Assembly: GCA_965218295.1 (NCBI GenBank)
Contig: CBDCKN010000015.1
Coordinates: 480,001-544,000, forward strand
Direction: 5' to 3'
DNA length: 64,000 nt
DNA from: Longimicrobiales bacterium
Lineage (GTDB): Bacteria > Gemmatimonadota > Gemmatimonadetes > Longimicrobiales > Gaopeijiaceae
The translations under genes and the position numbers were made by a program. Of this stretch, positions 9,577 to 21,552 are shown piece by piece. How positions within the stretch are numbered: position 1 is the stretch's first letter; every line of letters begins with the position of its first letter. Under the pieces are notes generated by a model that was given only the letters and a program-made list of their open reading frames with translations, made no database searches and was not told where the DNA came from.

Positions 9577-10432
9577 CTCTGCAGTTCCTTCAGGGGTTGG
9601 CGTATGCGAGTCGTTACGGGTTAAGCCCCGCAGAGCTCCGTCTCGCGCGAGACGCGGTCCACCTCTTGATTCCATTGCCTTCCACATGTGGCGGGCCTTG
9701 CTACGTTCTTCCCCGGCAGCTTCATTCCAGTTTGTAACCATATTGGTTTGCTAGAATCAACTTCTGAGCTACTCCAGCTCTGAATCTATTGCTCGGATTC
9801 CTCAACCGGTCCTCTATCTCCTGTACCATTGATTCGGGTGTTCGTTCTGTAAAATACACCTCTGTTACTGCCTCGTTGAGAATCGAGCGTATGTTGATCG
9901 AATGCCCAGTTACATCACGTTTACCTGTGCCAATAGTATTCTTCAATTCCAAGGTCATGCGCCACTCTTGCTCATACTTCCAATAACTTGCTTTCTCAAG
10001 CAATATCGTGTGGAGATTACTTTCGTTCTTGAAAATGACGTGACCCGGACTGATAGGCGGTTCGTCAACGTACTTGACAGCACTCAACCTCTCAGATCCG
10101 GTGGGAATCCTTTTTAGTGAGGACACATCATATCCAATGACTATACCTGCACTTGAATCCGCATAGTGAGCCCAGAGTAGCGGATGAAGAGCGGAGGCAC
10201 TAAACGACATAACACCGAAGCGTCGCGACAATTGCTTTCTGAATAACTCGTTCCATGTCTGAGTTCCAAATCGCTGCCAGAATACTTGTACATCAAGGTT
10301 ATTCAATGAATGCTCCGGGACGATCCAATTGAGTGCCTCTACAATCTCTTCGATTTCTACATCATCACTTGGATACACGGCACTGCAACGAGCGGAACCT
10401 GTCAACGCCAGTGAGACACTCTTGGAAATCAA

Positions 10433-11440
10433 TTAGAGAGCAATCTCCTGTGTAGTGAGGGATGGGGTGGGAGGATTGATCCAGACGGCCTCCGGGAGTG
10501 GTTTAGGCTTCGGCTCACCGGAGACGAAGCGCTCGGGATGAGCGGCCCATGCCTCACGGAGCACGGCCTTCCTGCAGGCGATGATCCGATCGGCGTGACC
10601 GAAGTGGACCTGTTCGGGGGTCAGCATCGAGATGCCGCCATGGCGGTGCTCGGCATTATACCAACGGAAGAACGAGCGACAGAAGGTCTTGGCTTGCCCC
10701 TGATCCCCGAACCGGCCGGGAAACGAGGGATGGTACTTCAAGGTCTTGAACTGAGCCTCGGAGAACGGATTGTCATCCGAGACCTGGGGTCGGCCCAACG
10801 AGCGGGTCACGCCGAGATCGGCGAGTAGTTGAGCCGTGCATTGGCTCGTCATCGGAGCCCCTCGATCGGAATGCAGGGTCAGGAGGTGGGGCTGGACGCC
10901 ATGCTTCAAGCAACTCTGCTGGATCAGCCGGCTGGCCAGGGCAGAGTTCTCCCGATCCGCCACCATCCATCCCACGACGTAGCGGCTGAAGATGTCCAGG
11001 ATCACGTAGAGGTAGAAGTAACTCCACTTCTTCGGCCCCAGCAGCCGGGTGATATCCCAGGACCAGACCTGGTTCGGGCCCCTCGCCATCAACTCGGGCT
11101 TCTGGTATTTGGGATGACTCCGCTGCGCTCGACGCTCCTGAACCGGCACCTGGGAAGCCAGAACGCGATACATCGTACGCTCGCTGCACAGGTAGACGTC
11201 CTCGTCGAGCAGCGTCGCCACCACCTCGGCTGGGGACCGGTCCACGAACCGCTCCGAACACAGGGTGTCGAAAATCTTGTCCCGCTCCCTCTCACTTAAG
11301 GCCCGGGCGGGGGTCGGGCGGGGCTGCTGATGCCCGGTCGATGCACTCCGACGACGGTAGAACGTGGCTCGCGGCACCCTGAGCGCATCGCACGCGGGCT
11401 TCACCCCTACGTGCTTGGCTAGCTCCTGGGTCGCCTTCAT
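10433..11440 (-). CDS. IS3-family transposase OrfB
   Basis: Identical protein to 2019..3026. Confidence 0.93.
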   Translation of the reverse strand: MKATQELAKHVGVKPACDALRVPRATFYRRRSASTGHQQPRPTPARALSERERDKIFDTLCSERFVDRSPAEVVATLLDEDVYLCSERTMYRVLASQVPVQERRAQRSHPKYQKPELMARGPNQVWSWDITRLLGPKKWSYFYLYVILDIFSRYVVGWMVADRENSALASRLIQQSCLKHGVQPHLLTLHSDRGAPMTSQCTAQLLADLGVTRSLGRPQVSDDNPFSEAQFKTLKYHPSFPGRFGDQGQAKTFCRSFFRWYNAEHRHGGISMLTPEQVHFGHADRIIACRKAVLREAWAAHPERFVSGEPKPKPLPEAVWINPPTPSLTTQEIAL

Positions 11441-11886
11441 GAGTTCGTCCCGTCCTCGAGGCTCAATCCCAGCAGCCCTGCAACTTTTCCCTGGACGTCG
11501 ATGATCAAGTGCGCCTTCTGGAGCTCCTTCTCGAGGCGAGTGTTCTCGCGCTCCAGCTTGCGCACCTTCTCCTCCAGCGGATTGCGCTCGCGCTTACGGC
11601 CTCGTTTCTTCGACAGCGCTTTCAGGGACCCGCTATGCGCCGCCTTGCGCCATGTCGTCAGGTGCGACGAGTACAAGCCCTCCCGCCGTAGGAGTCGGCC
11701 AACCTCTCCGGGCTCCGTGCACCGGTCCGCTTCTTCGACGATCCGCAGCTTGTACGACGGAGCGAACCGCCGGCGCAGCGGCCTATCTACCACCTCCGAG
11801 TCCGCAGGAGCTGCCGCGCTTCGCTTACCGTCCCAGGTTGGTGGGGCTATTCCATTCTCTTTCATTCTCTCTCGGTGTCTCAGCAT
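11437..11886 (-). CDS. IS3-family OrfA
   Basis: Identical protein to 1573..2022. Confidence 0.9.
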   Translation of the reverse strand: MLRHRERMKENGIAPPTWDGKRSAAAPADSEVVDRPLRRRFAPSYKLRIVEEADRCTEPGEVGRLLRREGLYSSHLTTWRKAAHSGSLKALSKKRGRKRERNPLEEKVRKLERENTRLEKELQKAHLIIDVQGKVAGLLGLSLEDGTNS

Positions 11887-13430
11887 CCTCGGTTTCTCTG
11901 CCTTCGCCCTACTCTAATTCCTTAGCTGCTCCGTGTCTCACGTAAGTTGGCAGAGAGGGAGTAGCACACTCAAAAGGGTCGTTCAAGGCCGCCGGCTGGG
12001 TCGCACGCAGCGCTCCGTTTCCGTCTTCTGGCAAAACCTTTATGGCTCGCTCAGCCGGCAGATATTTGTAAAGCACCCTCGGTTCCGCCGTATCGCCACT
12101 ACTTTCCATTGTCGAATACCTTGAATCTGGATTGTTCCAGACTATATGGCCGATCCTAATGGAGAATTGACATGGGACTGACCTTTGCCGAGCGTTTCCA
12201 ACGGCCAGCCTTGCGCACTGTTCCGGTACCGTAATCGTTTCAAGCTGCGATTCCGGTCACCGCTTGGTTGCCGATTGACCCCGCACCGCTGAATTCTTCA
12301 CCTCCTGTGCCGTCCTGACCTCCAACTCGACATAGTAACAGACAGCGTTGGAGTTCACTCCCAGCCGGATGGCTTTCTCCGCAGGGGACCGGGACGGCAC
12401 AATAAACTCTCGGAAGAGCCACACGGAAATCCCAGTCGCTCACTTAGCAGATACCGTGCCGGTCAGTTCATCGAGTAGCCAGGCGTCGGTGCTTGCCTCT
12501 TCGTAGGCATTGTCCAGCACGGGTCGAAGCGTGAGAAGCGCGCTGAGGCGATGGACCATGCCGCGCAAGTATGTGAGTTCACCAAGAGTCAAAGGAGATC
12601 CGTCCCGGCGCCGGGCGTCGCGGTAACCGAGCCACTTCTTTATCACTGGATAGCCACCCATTTCATAATGCCACACAGCCTGTGGGACGTGCCTCAGGAA
12701 AACCGCGTCGCTGAGATAGAGATCACCGGTGACCCCGCCCCACTCGGGATGCCTTGGCTCAGCGTCTGCCAGCATCCTTCGCTCCCACTTCCCCGCAGCA
12801 CTACCAAAATAGCTGTACTCGACAACAAGATCGGATTCCCTAATGCTGCCGCCCCCGACTCGACAGACAACCGCAACAGCCTTCATGTCGTCCCCGAGTA
12901 AGTTCTGCACAACCGGTCCGGCATTAAGCTGAGGGTCGAGCAAAGATGCGATCAGCTCCCCCAGCGCCGCGATCTCGTCGAATCGACCTGCGTCCTTGCA
13001 GATCGGGACATGCGGCCAATCTGCCGCCAGCGAATCCTTGTGGTCTGCCTCGTACTGTGGCGCATGGCTGATTGCGAGACAGTAGCGGAAGAGCATCCGG
13101 CACAGGCGTTTTGCATCTGGACCCGTCAGATCCCCCGTCATTTTCCAGGAGTCCCTTAGGACGGTCCAGGCACCTGCAGCTAGATTAGCTCTGCGCTTGA
13201 GGTCTGCAGGATCGGGCGTGAACAACCCTCCAATCCCTGTATCGGGATTAAGCTCGGCGGGAAATCCCACTGAACCCCAATCGTGCACATGCAGATCGAA
13301 GAGCCAGGAAAGGATGAGCGGTCGGCTTTCTGACACACGGCGGGCATTCGGAGCACCCACGAGAAATTCATTGTTCTTCAGATGATCACCGAGATCGGGC
13401 CGACTCCTGTTGAGAAACTTTGCCTCGCGC

Positions 13431-14808
13431 GAGCTAGGATCAAAGGGTGTGTAAAAAGAGAGGCGACGTACCTTTCCGCTGAGTAATAACCAGCGAACTC
13501 CGGGTGACAGCCCGGGGGAAAGGAACGACGCCTCGTGAGGAAGAATACGGTGGGACCCGAGGGTGAGTCCAGGACGCCCGTGTGGGAAGTTCTGGAAGAA
13601 GTGGTTCGGGAGAAGGCGCAGGAGTTCATTCAACAGATCTTGGAGGAGGAAGTCACGGAGTTGCTAGGGCGAGAGAAGTCAGAGCGCAGGAGGGTGGTGG
13701 ACGCGACCGAGGGCTACCGCAACGGATACGGCAAGCCGAGGCGGCTGGCGATGAGCTCGGGCACGATCACACTCCGACGCCCTCGAGTTCGAGGCCTTGA
13801 GGAGCGGTTCGAGAGCCGCGTGCTGCCGTTGTTCGCGAGGCGGACGAAGGAGCTGGGCGCTCTGCTTCCGGAGCTGTATCTGCACGGACTGGCGGAGGGA
13901 GACTTCGAGTTGGCGATGCGGGGCCTGCTGGGCGAGGGGGCACCGCTGTCGAAGTCTTCGATTCGGCGGCTGCGGGCGGGATGGACGGCGGAGTTCGAGG
14001 AATGGAGCCAGCGTCGCCTGGAGGGTCGTGAGGTCGTCTACGTGTGGGCGGACGGGATCTATGTGAAGGCAGGGCTGGAGCGGGACAAAGCGGCGCTGCT
14101 GGTGGTGCTGGGTGCCATGCGAGACGGGACGAAAGAGGTGTTGGCCCTGAGAGCGGGCTACCGAGAGTCGGTCGAGTCCTGGTCCGAGGTGTTGCGGGAC
14201 CTGAAGGCACGCGGCATCGAGGCGCCCCGGCTTCTGATGGCGGACGGTAACGCTGCGATCTGGGGCGCAGTACGGCAGGTATGGCCTGAGGCGGGTGAGC
14301 AACGGTGCTGGAACCACAAGATGAGGAACGTGCTGGACCGACTACCTCAGCGGGAGCAGGGCGAGGCGAAGGATCTTCTCCGGGCCGTGGTCTACGCACC
14401 GAGCCGGGCCGAGGCCCTGAAGGCCCGCGAGGTGTTCGCCCGACGCTATAGGCCGTGGTATCCGAAAGCAGTGGACGTACTCGAGGACGACTGGGAGCGG
14501 ATGGTAGCGTTCTACGACTTCCCCGAGGACCACTGGAAGCATCTACGCACGACGAACGTGGTCGAGAGCCCGTTCGCCGCGGTACGGCTCAGGACGACAG
14601 CAGCGAAGCGGTTCAAGCGGGTCGAGAGCGCTACGGCGCTAATCTGGAAGTTGCTCTTGGTGGCCGAGAAGCGGTTCCGAAGGCTCGACGCTCCTCACCT
14701 CCTCAAGGACGTATTTGAAGGAAGAAAGTTCGAAGACGGAAAGCCCGTCTCACACCAACAGCGGAAGAACGCCGCCTAATACGTTTACACACCTATTGAC
14801 CCAACCTC
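13431..14808 (+). mobile_element. IS256-family element (intact)
   Basis: Imperfect IRs GAGCTAGGATCAAAGGGTGTGTAAA / GAGGTTGGGTCAATAGGTGTGTAAA; 8-bp TSD CCTCGCGC. Confidence 0.95.
13535..14779 (+). CDS. IS256-family transposase
   Basis: YRNGY, YVWADG, MADG, QRCWNH, LRTTNVVES. Confidence 0.95.
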   Translation: MRKNTVGPEGESRTPVWEVLEEVVREKAQEFIQQILEEEVTELLGREKSERRRVVDATEGYRNGYGKPRRLAMSSGTITLRRPRVRGLEERFESRVLPLFARRTKELGALLPELYLHGLAEGDFELAMRGLLGEGAPLSKSSIRRLRAGWTAEFEEWSQRRLEGREVVYVWADGIYVKAGLERDKAALLVVLGAMRDGTKEVLALRAGYRESVESWSEVLRDLKARGIEAPRLLMADGNAAIWGAVRQVWPEAGEQRCWNHKMRNVLDRLPQREQGEAKDLLRAVVYAPSRAEALKAREVFARRYRPWYPKAVDVLEDDWERMVAFYDFPEDHWKHLRTTNVVESPFAAVRLRTTAAKRFKRVESATALIWKLLLVAEKRFRRLDAPHLLKDVFEGRKFEDGKPVSHQQRKNAA

Positions 14809-17800
14809 CCTCGCGCTCGTAGTAGATCCAGCGCGCATCACATGGAAATGCGACATAGGGCAACACTTTGTCCCTGTCGAACCTACTGTCAGTAAGCAGT
14901 GCCTTCCGCGTCTTCTGTGGGTAGTACTCCGCGCGTTTGGTGCACAGAATCGGATGACGCTTCTGCAATTCTTCGAAGCTGGACGTCGAAAAATAGTCGC
15001 GCATTCTCTCTTCAAGCGCCAAGCGATCCGTGTCGATCACACTGCCCTTAAGGCCACGATTGGGGTTCACGCCTTGAAAGGAAACAGGGAAGAGATCGTC
15101 AAACCCCGGCCACTCCTCGAAACCGCTGCCTCTTGCGGGCATCAAGCGCCAGCCTGTGGGGGCCGTGGGGACGAATTGCTCGTAGTGGCGTGGCCCGGCA
15201 GGTGTCCGGGCGTTCGCCGCGCTCTTCGCTCTCGACCACGAATCCAGATTCAACGACGCAACAAGGGCGTCCCTCTTATCGGTCGCACGGCCCCAGAAAT
15301 TGCGGAAACTGACCGTGGCAATTGTGTGCGTCTCCCTAGTGCGCGCATTGCGCTTCAGATAGGTCGTGATGCAGGTTCCGACTTGGATGCCGCGCGAGTC
15401 ATGTTCCGTGGTGAAGATGCTTTGATCCGATGTACCTTCACCCGGCAGCCCGGCTGGGATGACCTTGCCGGTCTTGTATTTGTCGCCGTTGAGGTTGTCA
15501 ACCCAAATGGCATCGAAACTGCGCAACAGGGACTCGCGCATCATTGGATGCGACCGCCCGGTCAGGAAAGATGAATTCGAGATGTAGGATACAACGCCAA
15601 ACTCTGCCCACTCGCCGATGCGGACCTCGGCAAGCCTCAAAAAGCGCACATACAGGTCGTCAAGCAGCTGCTTGCGAACGCCCCAACGAGTGAATAGTTC
15701 GGATGGGCCAATATGCTTGCCATCCCTGGTCCTCGTGACCCCCTTGTAGTGATCGACGAGCGCCGCTTCCTCTTCCAGCGGTACTCCAGCGAAGCGGTTG
15801 TACGGAGGATTGCCCAGCACAACGATGACCTTGGCATCGCGCTTGACGTCGTATGCCGCGTCATGCTCCTCTTGAAGCTCCGGGAAGTTCAGCTTCCGCT
15901 GATCTGACCCGTGCCAGCCCGTAAGAGCATTCGTCAGGAAGATTGCAGGTCGCTGGCTCGCGTCCGGCTCCGCGCCGGCTTCGGAGAGCAGGAGATACAG
16001 CTGCAGCTGCGCTACCACGAAAGGGGCGGTGAGGATCTCGAAGCCGATGAAGCGTCGACACATTGCATCGAGCAATTGCGCAGCCATCGTGGCCTGCGCG
16101 CCTTCGTCGGCAAGCTGCTTGGCCATGTGGCGCAGAACCTCGATGAGATAGGCGCCCGTGCCGCAGGCCGGATCGAGCACCACCACGCGCTCATCCGCAA
16201 ATCCTCGGCTGCAGCCAAGCTCATCGCGCAACAGGCGATCGATCTTGGAAACTTGGTAGCGGATGACATGGGTCGGAGTATACCACACGCCCAGCTCCTT
16301 CCGCAGATCCGGATCGAACGCCTCGAGGAAGGGCTCGTAGAAGTACATGATTGCCGTCGAACTTGCCTGCCTATCCTCGTCAAGCGTGGGCGGGCGGAAA
16401 CGTTTGAAGAATCTCTCGGGGTCGACACGTGCCAGCGTCTCGGTCCCGATATCCAGATGCTTTGCGAGGTGGAGCTCTTTGATACGCGACGGATGTCTAA
16501 ATTCGTGAAACAAGCCGGCCAAGAACGGAATCTTGAGGTACTCCGCCAAGTCCTCCCAGCGAAACGGCCGGTCGCGCTCACCCTGCCACCACAGCGCCCA
16601 ACCGGCGAAAAGGCCGTAGAAGGCTGTTTGTATCAGGGAAGAGCGCAGGAACTCCTCGCCCTCCGGGCCTTCAAATGTCACGCCCAGTGCATCGCTGAAG
16701 TCATCTAAGAGACCCTGGACGGCACGGGTGAATTTCGCCGGCAGGTCAGCCTTCGCATGCTTTGCCTGTCGCGCCAGAATGCGCGCGAGGGATTCCGGCT
16801 CGGCGATTGGCGCGTAGCGCGTCACAGCCGTTTCGACTAGTGCGACGAAGGCTGCGAGCGCCGCTGGACCGATCGGCTGCTTCTGCCTCAGCGCCGTCGC
16901 TGAGGGCCACAGGTCCACGACTTGCTCGATACGCCGCTCGCTGGGTGGTACCGGTCCGCTGCCGTCCCAGTCGGACTTGACAGTCACGAGGCCGAACGCA
17001 CGCACATTGGAGAGGAGCACGGCCCGCGTAGCAGCCAAGTAACGCCCGATCTGATCCTTGCCATCCGTCGACATGGCAAGCTCTTCAAGCTCCGTATCGG
17101 GAAGCTTGACCTCGCCGCAAACTGCGACGAACAAGCCACCAGCGTCATACAGGGCGATGTCCGGAAGATTGATACCGCCCCCCGGTTTTCGCTCGCTCGT
17201 ATTCACCCGCACGTCGAACGGCAGGGCTTCAACAGCGAGCGCTGCAGCGACGAGCCCCTTGATGGCGGGGTAGTAGCTGGCTTCTGTCGTCGACCCAGCC
17301 GTGGTCAGGGCGCTGACATCTCGTGCATAGGACTTGCCTGCCGTTACGAGTTTCGGCGACACCGCTGCGTTGACCATCCACTCCCCTCCATAAGTATCTA
17401 CGTCCCTGCTGCGTCCGGCAGATGCCGCTGCACGCCGGTGGGGACACTCCCTGTCTCGGCGAGGAAGTCGCGCGAGTCTGCTACTCCGGTCGAAGACCGA
17501 GCCGCCGGAGAACACAGAGCCACCTCCGCGCTGGACCACGAGACCGGTATTACTACGGGTGTCACTGCGTCACGGCTAGTTCGAATCCCAGTCGGCCAGG
17601 TCGGGCACCTTGATGTCTCGGTGTATGCCCTGCAGCGAGGATGTCTTATTACCGCCCAGACGGGGTGGTTTTCCCGTTGACCAGCCGTGTTCCCGAACGC
17701 ACGATCAATACCCTCCGCAAGTTCGTACGGCAAAGCTCTCAGATCCCACTCGCCGTCTGCGTTCAGTTCTGTGTCGCCGTGGATCGTTGCTAACTCCACA

Positions 17801-17989
17801 TCCGTCCCTCGCCCCACCGCATTCCCGACTCTGCCCACCTCGAGCGGTCGTCCGGCACCCGCTCGACGCGCCGCTGGCGGAGCGGCCGGACACACTGCTC
17901 TCCCAATTAAATCCCAATAGTTCTACTAAGAACGTCGGTTAAATCCTACGGATTGACGTAGTTGCGCAAGTGCCTTCATCGTCCCTCGC

Positions 17990-18481
17990 ATGGAGATGCT
18001 GAAGGGGCTTTTCATGGCGCGAGTGGACGCGTTCCTCGAGCGCACGGGAGTGGCGCCGGCGACGCTTGGCCGCCAGGCGGTAGGCGATCCGAACCTGGTG
18101 CGTCAGCTACGCCATGGCCGCTCCCCGACGCTCGCGACGGCCGATCAGCTCCTGGCGTTCATGGAAGGCTTCGACGAGGCCGGTGTGGACCCTGTTTCCT
18201 CCCGGAGCGACCGGCTCCGGGATTCATCCCCGAGAGAACGGAGAGGCAGAGAGATGACGAGAACCATGGTGCAGGAAATGGAGGTGCCGATCCGCATCGT
18301 GCGGCTCCCGGCCGTGCAAGCTCGCACGGGGCTCGGGCGGAGCACGATCTACGTGCGGCTGGCCGAGGGTTCTTTCCCCAGACCCGTCCAGCTAGGCGCG
18401 CGCGCTGTCGGCTGGATCGAGTCGGAGGTGGACGAGTGGATCCGGCAGCAGATCGCGTTGAGCCGCGGCGAGGCCGAGTGA
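17990..18481 (+). CDS. Cro-like HTH fused to AlpA-family excisionase/regulator
   Basis: C-terminal IVRLPAVQARTGLGRSTIY..LAEGSFPRPVQLGARAVGWIESEVDEWI is AlpA-like; first gene of the T4SS operon. Confidence 0.85.
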   Translation: MEMLKGLFMARVDAFLERTGVAPATLGRQAVGDPNLVRQLRHGRSPTLATADQLLAFMEGFDEAGVDPVSSRSDRLRDSSPRERRGREMTRTMVQEMEVPIRIVRLPAVQARTGLGRSTIYVRLAEGSFPRPVQLGARAVGWIESEVDEWIRQQIALSRGEAE

Positions 18482-18516
18482 TCGGCGCATCCCAGCGAGA
18501 GACCAAGGAGAAGACG

Positions 18517-18804
18517 ATGCAACCTTTCATAAGGACGGTACGAGCGGCGGCTTGGGCCGCGCTGTGGATGCTCATGCCCGGCCTGCTGTGGGCGCAGGGG
18601 ACGAGCCCGTGGGTGGAGGCGGTGAACGAGCTTCAGGCGCAGTTCACGGGTCCGATCGCGAGGGGGCTATCGCTGATCGCAATCGTGGTGGGCGGGCTGA
18701 TGTTCGCGTTCGGCGAGGGCGGGAGCAAGCGCACGCTGGCTGGGATCATCTTCGGTCTCGGGATGGCGATGGGCGCGGCGAACTTCCTGGCGTGGCTCTT
18801 CTGA
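18517..18804 (+). CDS. virB2: VirB2/TrbC pilin
   Basis: AAGGAG RBS; signal peptide then SPW..FTGPIARGLSLIAIVVGGLMFAFGEG. Confidence 0.85.
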   Translation: MQPFIRTVRAAAWAALWMLMPGLLWAQGTSPWVEAVNELQAQFTGPIARGLSLIAIVVGGLMFAFGEGGSKRTLAGIIFGLGMAMGAANFLAWLF

Positions 18805-19106
18805 TGAGGGGTCTGAGGCGCTGGGCCGGCTATGCGGCGCTGAACCGTCCGCTCACGATCCTGGGCGTGGAGCGTAGGGGGTTCCTCCTGAGCGCGACGC
18901 TCGGGCTCGCGATGTGGAACGCGATGAACTCCCTGGTGACGGGCGGCGTCGTGTTCGCGGTGGGCTTTGGGGCCGGATGGCTCGCGGGCCGCAAAGACCC
19001 CGACATGCTTGGCGTGCTACGGGCCGGGACGCGCTACCCGTCACGCTTCGACCTGGGCAAGTGGGCCGAAGAGCCGTGGCATCTCGTGATCCGGAGCGGG
19101 CGATGA
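18804..19106 (+). CDS. virB3: VirB3/TrbD family protein
   Basis: ALNRPLTILGVER, two hydrophobic segments, KDP; TGATG coupling with pilin. Confidence 0.8.
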   Translation: MRGLRRWAGYAALNRPLTILGVERRGFLLSATLGLAMWNAMNSLVTGGVVFAVGFGAGWLAGRKDPDMLGVLRAGTRYPSRFDLGKWAEEPWHLVIRSGR

Positions 19107-21546
19107 GGATCGCCGCGGAGCTCCGGGACCACGAGGCGGCCGGTTCGCTGGCCGAGGAGCTGCCCTACTGGGCTGGCTCGAGGACGGCCGCACCTGCCTG
19201 ACCCGCTCGGGCGAGCTGATCGCGGCCGGCCGGCTGGAGCCCGCGGTGGTGGATGGGCGTTCGCCCGAGCAGATCGACCGGGTGCTCGGCCGCTGGCAGC
19301 GGTTGCTCTCGGGTTTGGACGCCGACACGCGCCTCTACTTCTATCTACTCCGCCGGCCAAGTCCGCCCGAGGCCGCGGACGACGAGGGCTCCGGCATCGT
19401 AGCGGTGTCCCAGCAGAAGCGGAGTGCGTTTCTGGCCGGCCGCGTCCAGCAGCTCGAGGCCTACCTGGTCTGGTCGCACGATCCCCGTCTACGCACGGTG
19501 GCCGACGGGCCCAGAACAGGAAGCGCCTCCCGGCTCATGCAGTGGTGGCAGCGCCGCCGGGCGAGCGCGCCCACCTACCTCGGTTCCGAGATCGAGGCCG
19601 CCGCCGCCCGCTTTCGCGCGACGGTGGACGCGGGCCGGGCCCTCGTGGAGGAGCACACGCCGATCGAGATGCTCTCGCCCGCCGAAGCTTCGCGGCTTCT
19701 CTCCGAGCTCATCAACCGTCCGGGCACGATGTGGGCCGGAGCGACGGGGAGCGGCATGAACTGGCGGCTCGCGCTTTCGGAGCTCGAGGCGGAGCGCGGT
19801 CACCTGCGGCTCGACGGCGAGCCCGTGATCCTCTACTCGCTCCTCTCTCCGCCCGGCCAAGCCTACGCGAACCTGCTCCGGGACCTCTACTGCCTGGACG
19901 CGGCGATGACGGTGTCGCTCGAGTGGCGGGTCTGGGCGGTTGAGGCGGCCCGGCGCCGGATCCGTGGCGCGCAGCGGCACTACTTCGCGCGCCGTTACTC
20001 GATGATGGCCCATGTGCAGGAGACCGAGGGCACGGCCGCCGCGATGGTCGACTCGGCCGCGGCGACCGAGTCGGACCGGCTGGGCGAGGCGCTGGTCGAG
20101 CTGGAAGCGGACGGGGTGAGCTACGGGGAGGCCACGCTGACGGTGGCCCTCCACGGCGAGCTCGGACGGATCGAGCGGCTGGACGGCGACCTGCGTCGTC
20201 TCTTCGCCGCGCACGACGCGAAGGCGATCCGGGAGGGTTACGGCCAGCTTCCGGCGTGGTTCTCCCGGCTGCCGGCCCAACCGCGTGGGCGGCAGGTACG
20301 GAAGGTGTTCGTGTCGGCCGGCGTGGCGGCGTGCCTCGCGCCGCTCTTCGGTCCGCCCAGGGGGACGCCCCGGAGCCGTCACCTCGGTCGCGAGTCGCTC
20401 GCGGTCTTGGAGACCCCGTGGCGCACGGCGTACCACTACGATCTGTTTGCCGGTGACGTGGGCCACACGTTGATGCTCGGCGCGACCGGCTCGGGCAAGA
20501 GCTTCACACTGAACTTCCTCCTGGTCGAGGCGCTCAGGTACGACCCGCGCGTCCTGATCCTGGATCTGGGCGGCTCCTACCGCTGGCTCACCCGGTTCCT
20601 CGGGGGCCGCTACCTGGAGCTGTCGCCCGGCGAGGCGGAGCCGACGCTCCGGCTGCAGCCGTTCGCGCTCCCGGCGGGCACGCGGACGTTCCAGTTCCTG
20701 ACGGGCTGGGTGCTACGGCTACTGAAGCTCGGCGGTTGGGAGGCGAGCGGCGCGGACACGAGCGAGATCCGCTCGCGCATCGAGGACCTCTACGCGTTCG
20801 AGCCGGAGCGGCGGACGCTGAGCGTCCTGGCCAGCTCGCTTCCGTCCGCGACGTGGCCGGCATGGAGCCGTTGGACCCAAGGCGGCGCCTGGGGCGCCTA
20901 CTTCGACAACCCTGCCGGTGGGGCGCCGGACCTCGAGTTCGCCGACTGGCAGGTGATCGATCTGGCGGGTGCGGTCGAGCATCCGGATCTCTGCGACGCG
21001 GCGCTCTCCTACCTGCTCGAGCGGATGCGGCTCGAGGTGGAGGATCCGTCCGAGGCGGCGCGGCTGAAGCTGATGGTCGTGGACGAGGCCTGGCGCTACC
21101 TGCAGGACCCGGCCGTGCTGAACTACCTGGCCGAAGCGGCGAAGACGTGGAGGAAGAAGAACGCCGCGCTGATCCTGGCCACGCAGTCCGCCGTGGACGT
21201 GACCTCCACGCCGGGCGCTGCGGCGCTGCTCGAGTCGATCCCGACCAAGCTGTTCCTCGCCAACCCCGAGCTCCCCGACGAGGTCGGCGCGCTGTTCCGG
21301 CTGAACGACTCGGAGCTGGCCCAGGTCCGGGGCCTGATCCCCAAACGCGAGCTCTATCTGCGCCGCCCGGACGGGGCCGCCGTGCTCCGGCTCGACGTCG
21401 ATCCCCAGAGCTACTGGCTCTACACCTCGTCCGCATTGGACGCCGAGGAGAGGGCCCGGGCCGTCGAGCGCCACGGGCTCGCCCGCGCGATTGAGGTTCT
21501 CGCGAGCCGAGACGATCCCACCCCCACCCCCAACGCAAGGAGCTGA
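19103..21546 (+). pseudogene. virB4: VirB4 ATPase with 1-nt frameshift near 19169-19172 (downstream ORF 19246..21546)
   Basis: GHTLMLGATGSGKS, VVDEAWRYL, ILATQS; N-terminus ..SLAEELPYW continues as WLEDGRTCLTRSGEL in another frame. Confidence 0.85.
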
Positions 21547-21552
21547 CACGCC

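Larger units (their letters stand above)
10393..11959 (-). mobile_element. IS3-family element, copy 2 (1567 bp)
   Basis: Matches copy 1; 2-bp duplication AG. Confidence 0.95.
9722..12109 (-). pseudogene. DUF2971-family protein split by IS3 copy 2 (272 aa when rejoined)
   Basis: LYKY..LNDPFECAT|RCSA, LLWAHYADSSAGIVIGYD, WKYEQEWR; removing the IS and one 2-bp duplication restores the frame (819 nt). Confidence 0.85.
12440..17377 (-). pseudogene. Single-chain type IIG/ISP-like restriction-modification enzyme (nuclease + N6-adenine MTase + specificity domain), split by IS256
   Basis: PD..GEVK, GVWYTP, VLDPACGTG, GNPPY; WIYYERE|AKFLNRSRP rejoins in frame (3552 nt, 1183 aa); GGAGGGGAG upstream of ATG 17377. 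Confidence 0.88.

Noticed and set aside
1500..11959. Composite transposon bounded by inverted IS3 copies 1 and 2 (likewise the IS481 pair)
   Set aside because: Each copy has its own target duplication and interrupts its own gene, indicating independent insertions.
12440..13633. 397-aa ORF as an independent gene
   Set aside because: Its first ~68 codons are antisense IS256 sequence; the rest is the C-terminal part of the interrupted RM gene.
17572..17610. GTTCGAATCCC resembling a tRNA T-loop / att remnant
   Set aside because: Flanks (CTAG / CCCA) do not form a T-stem, there is no acceptor stem or CCA, and I saw no second copy.
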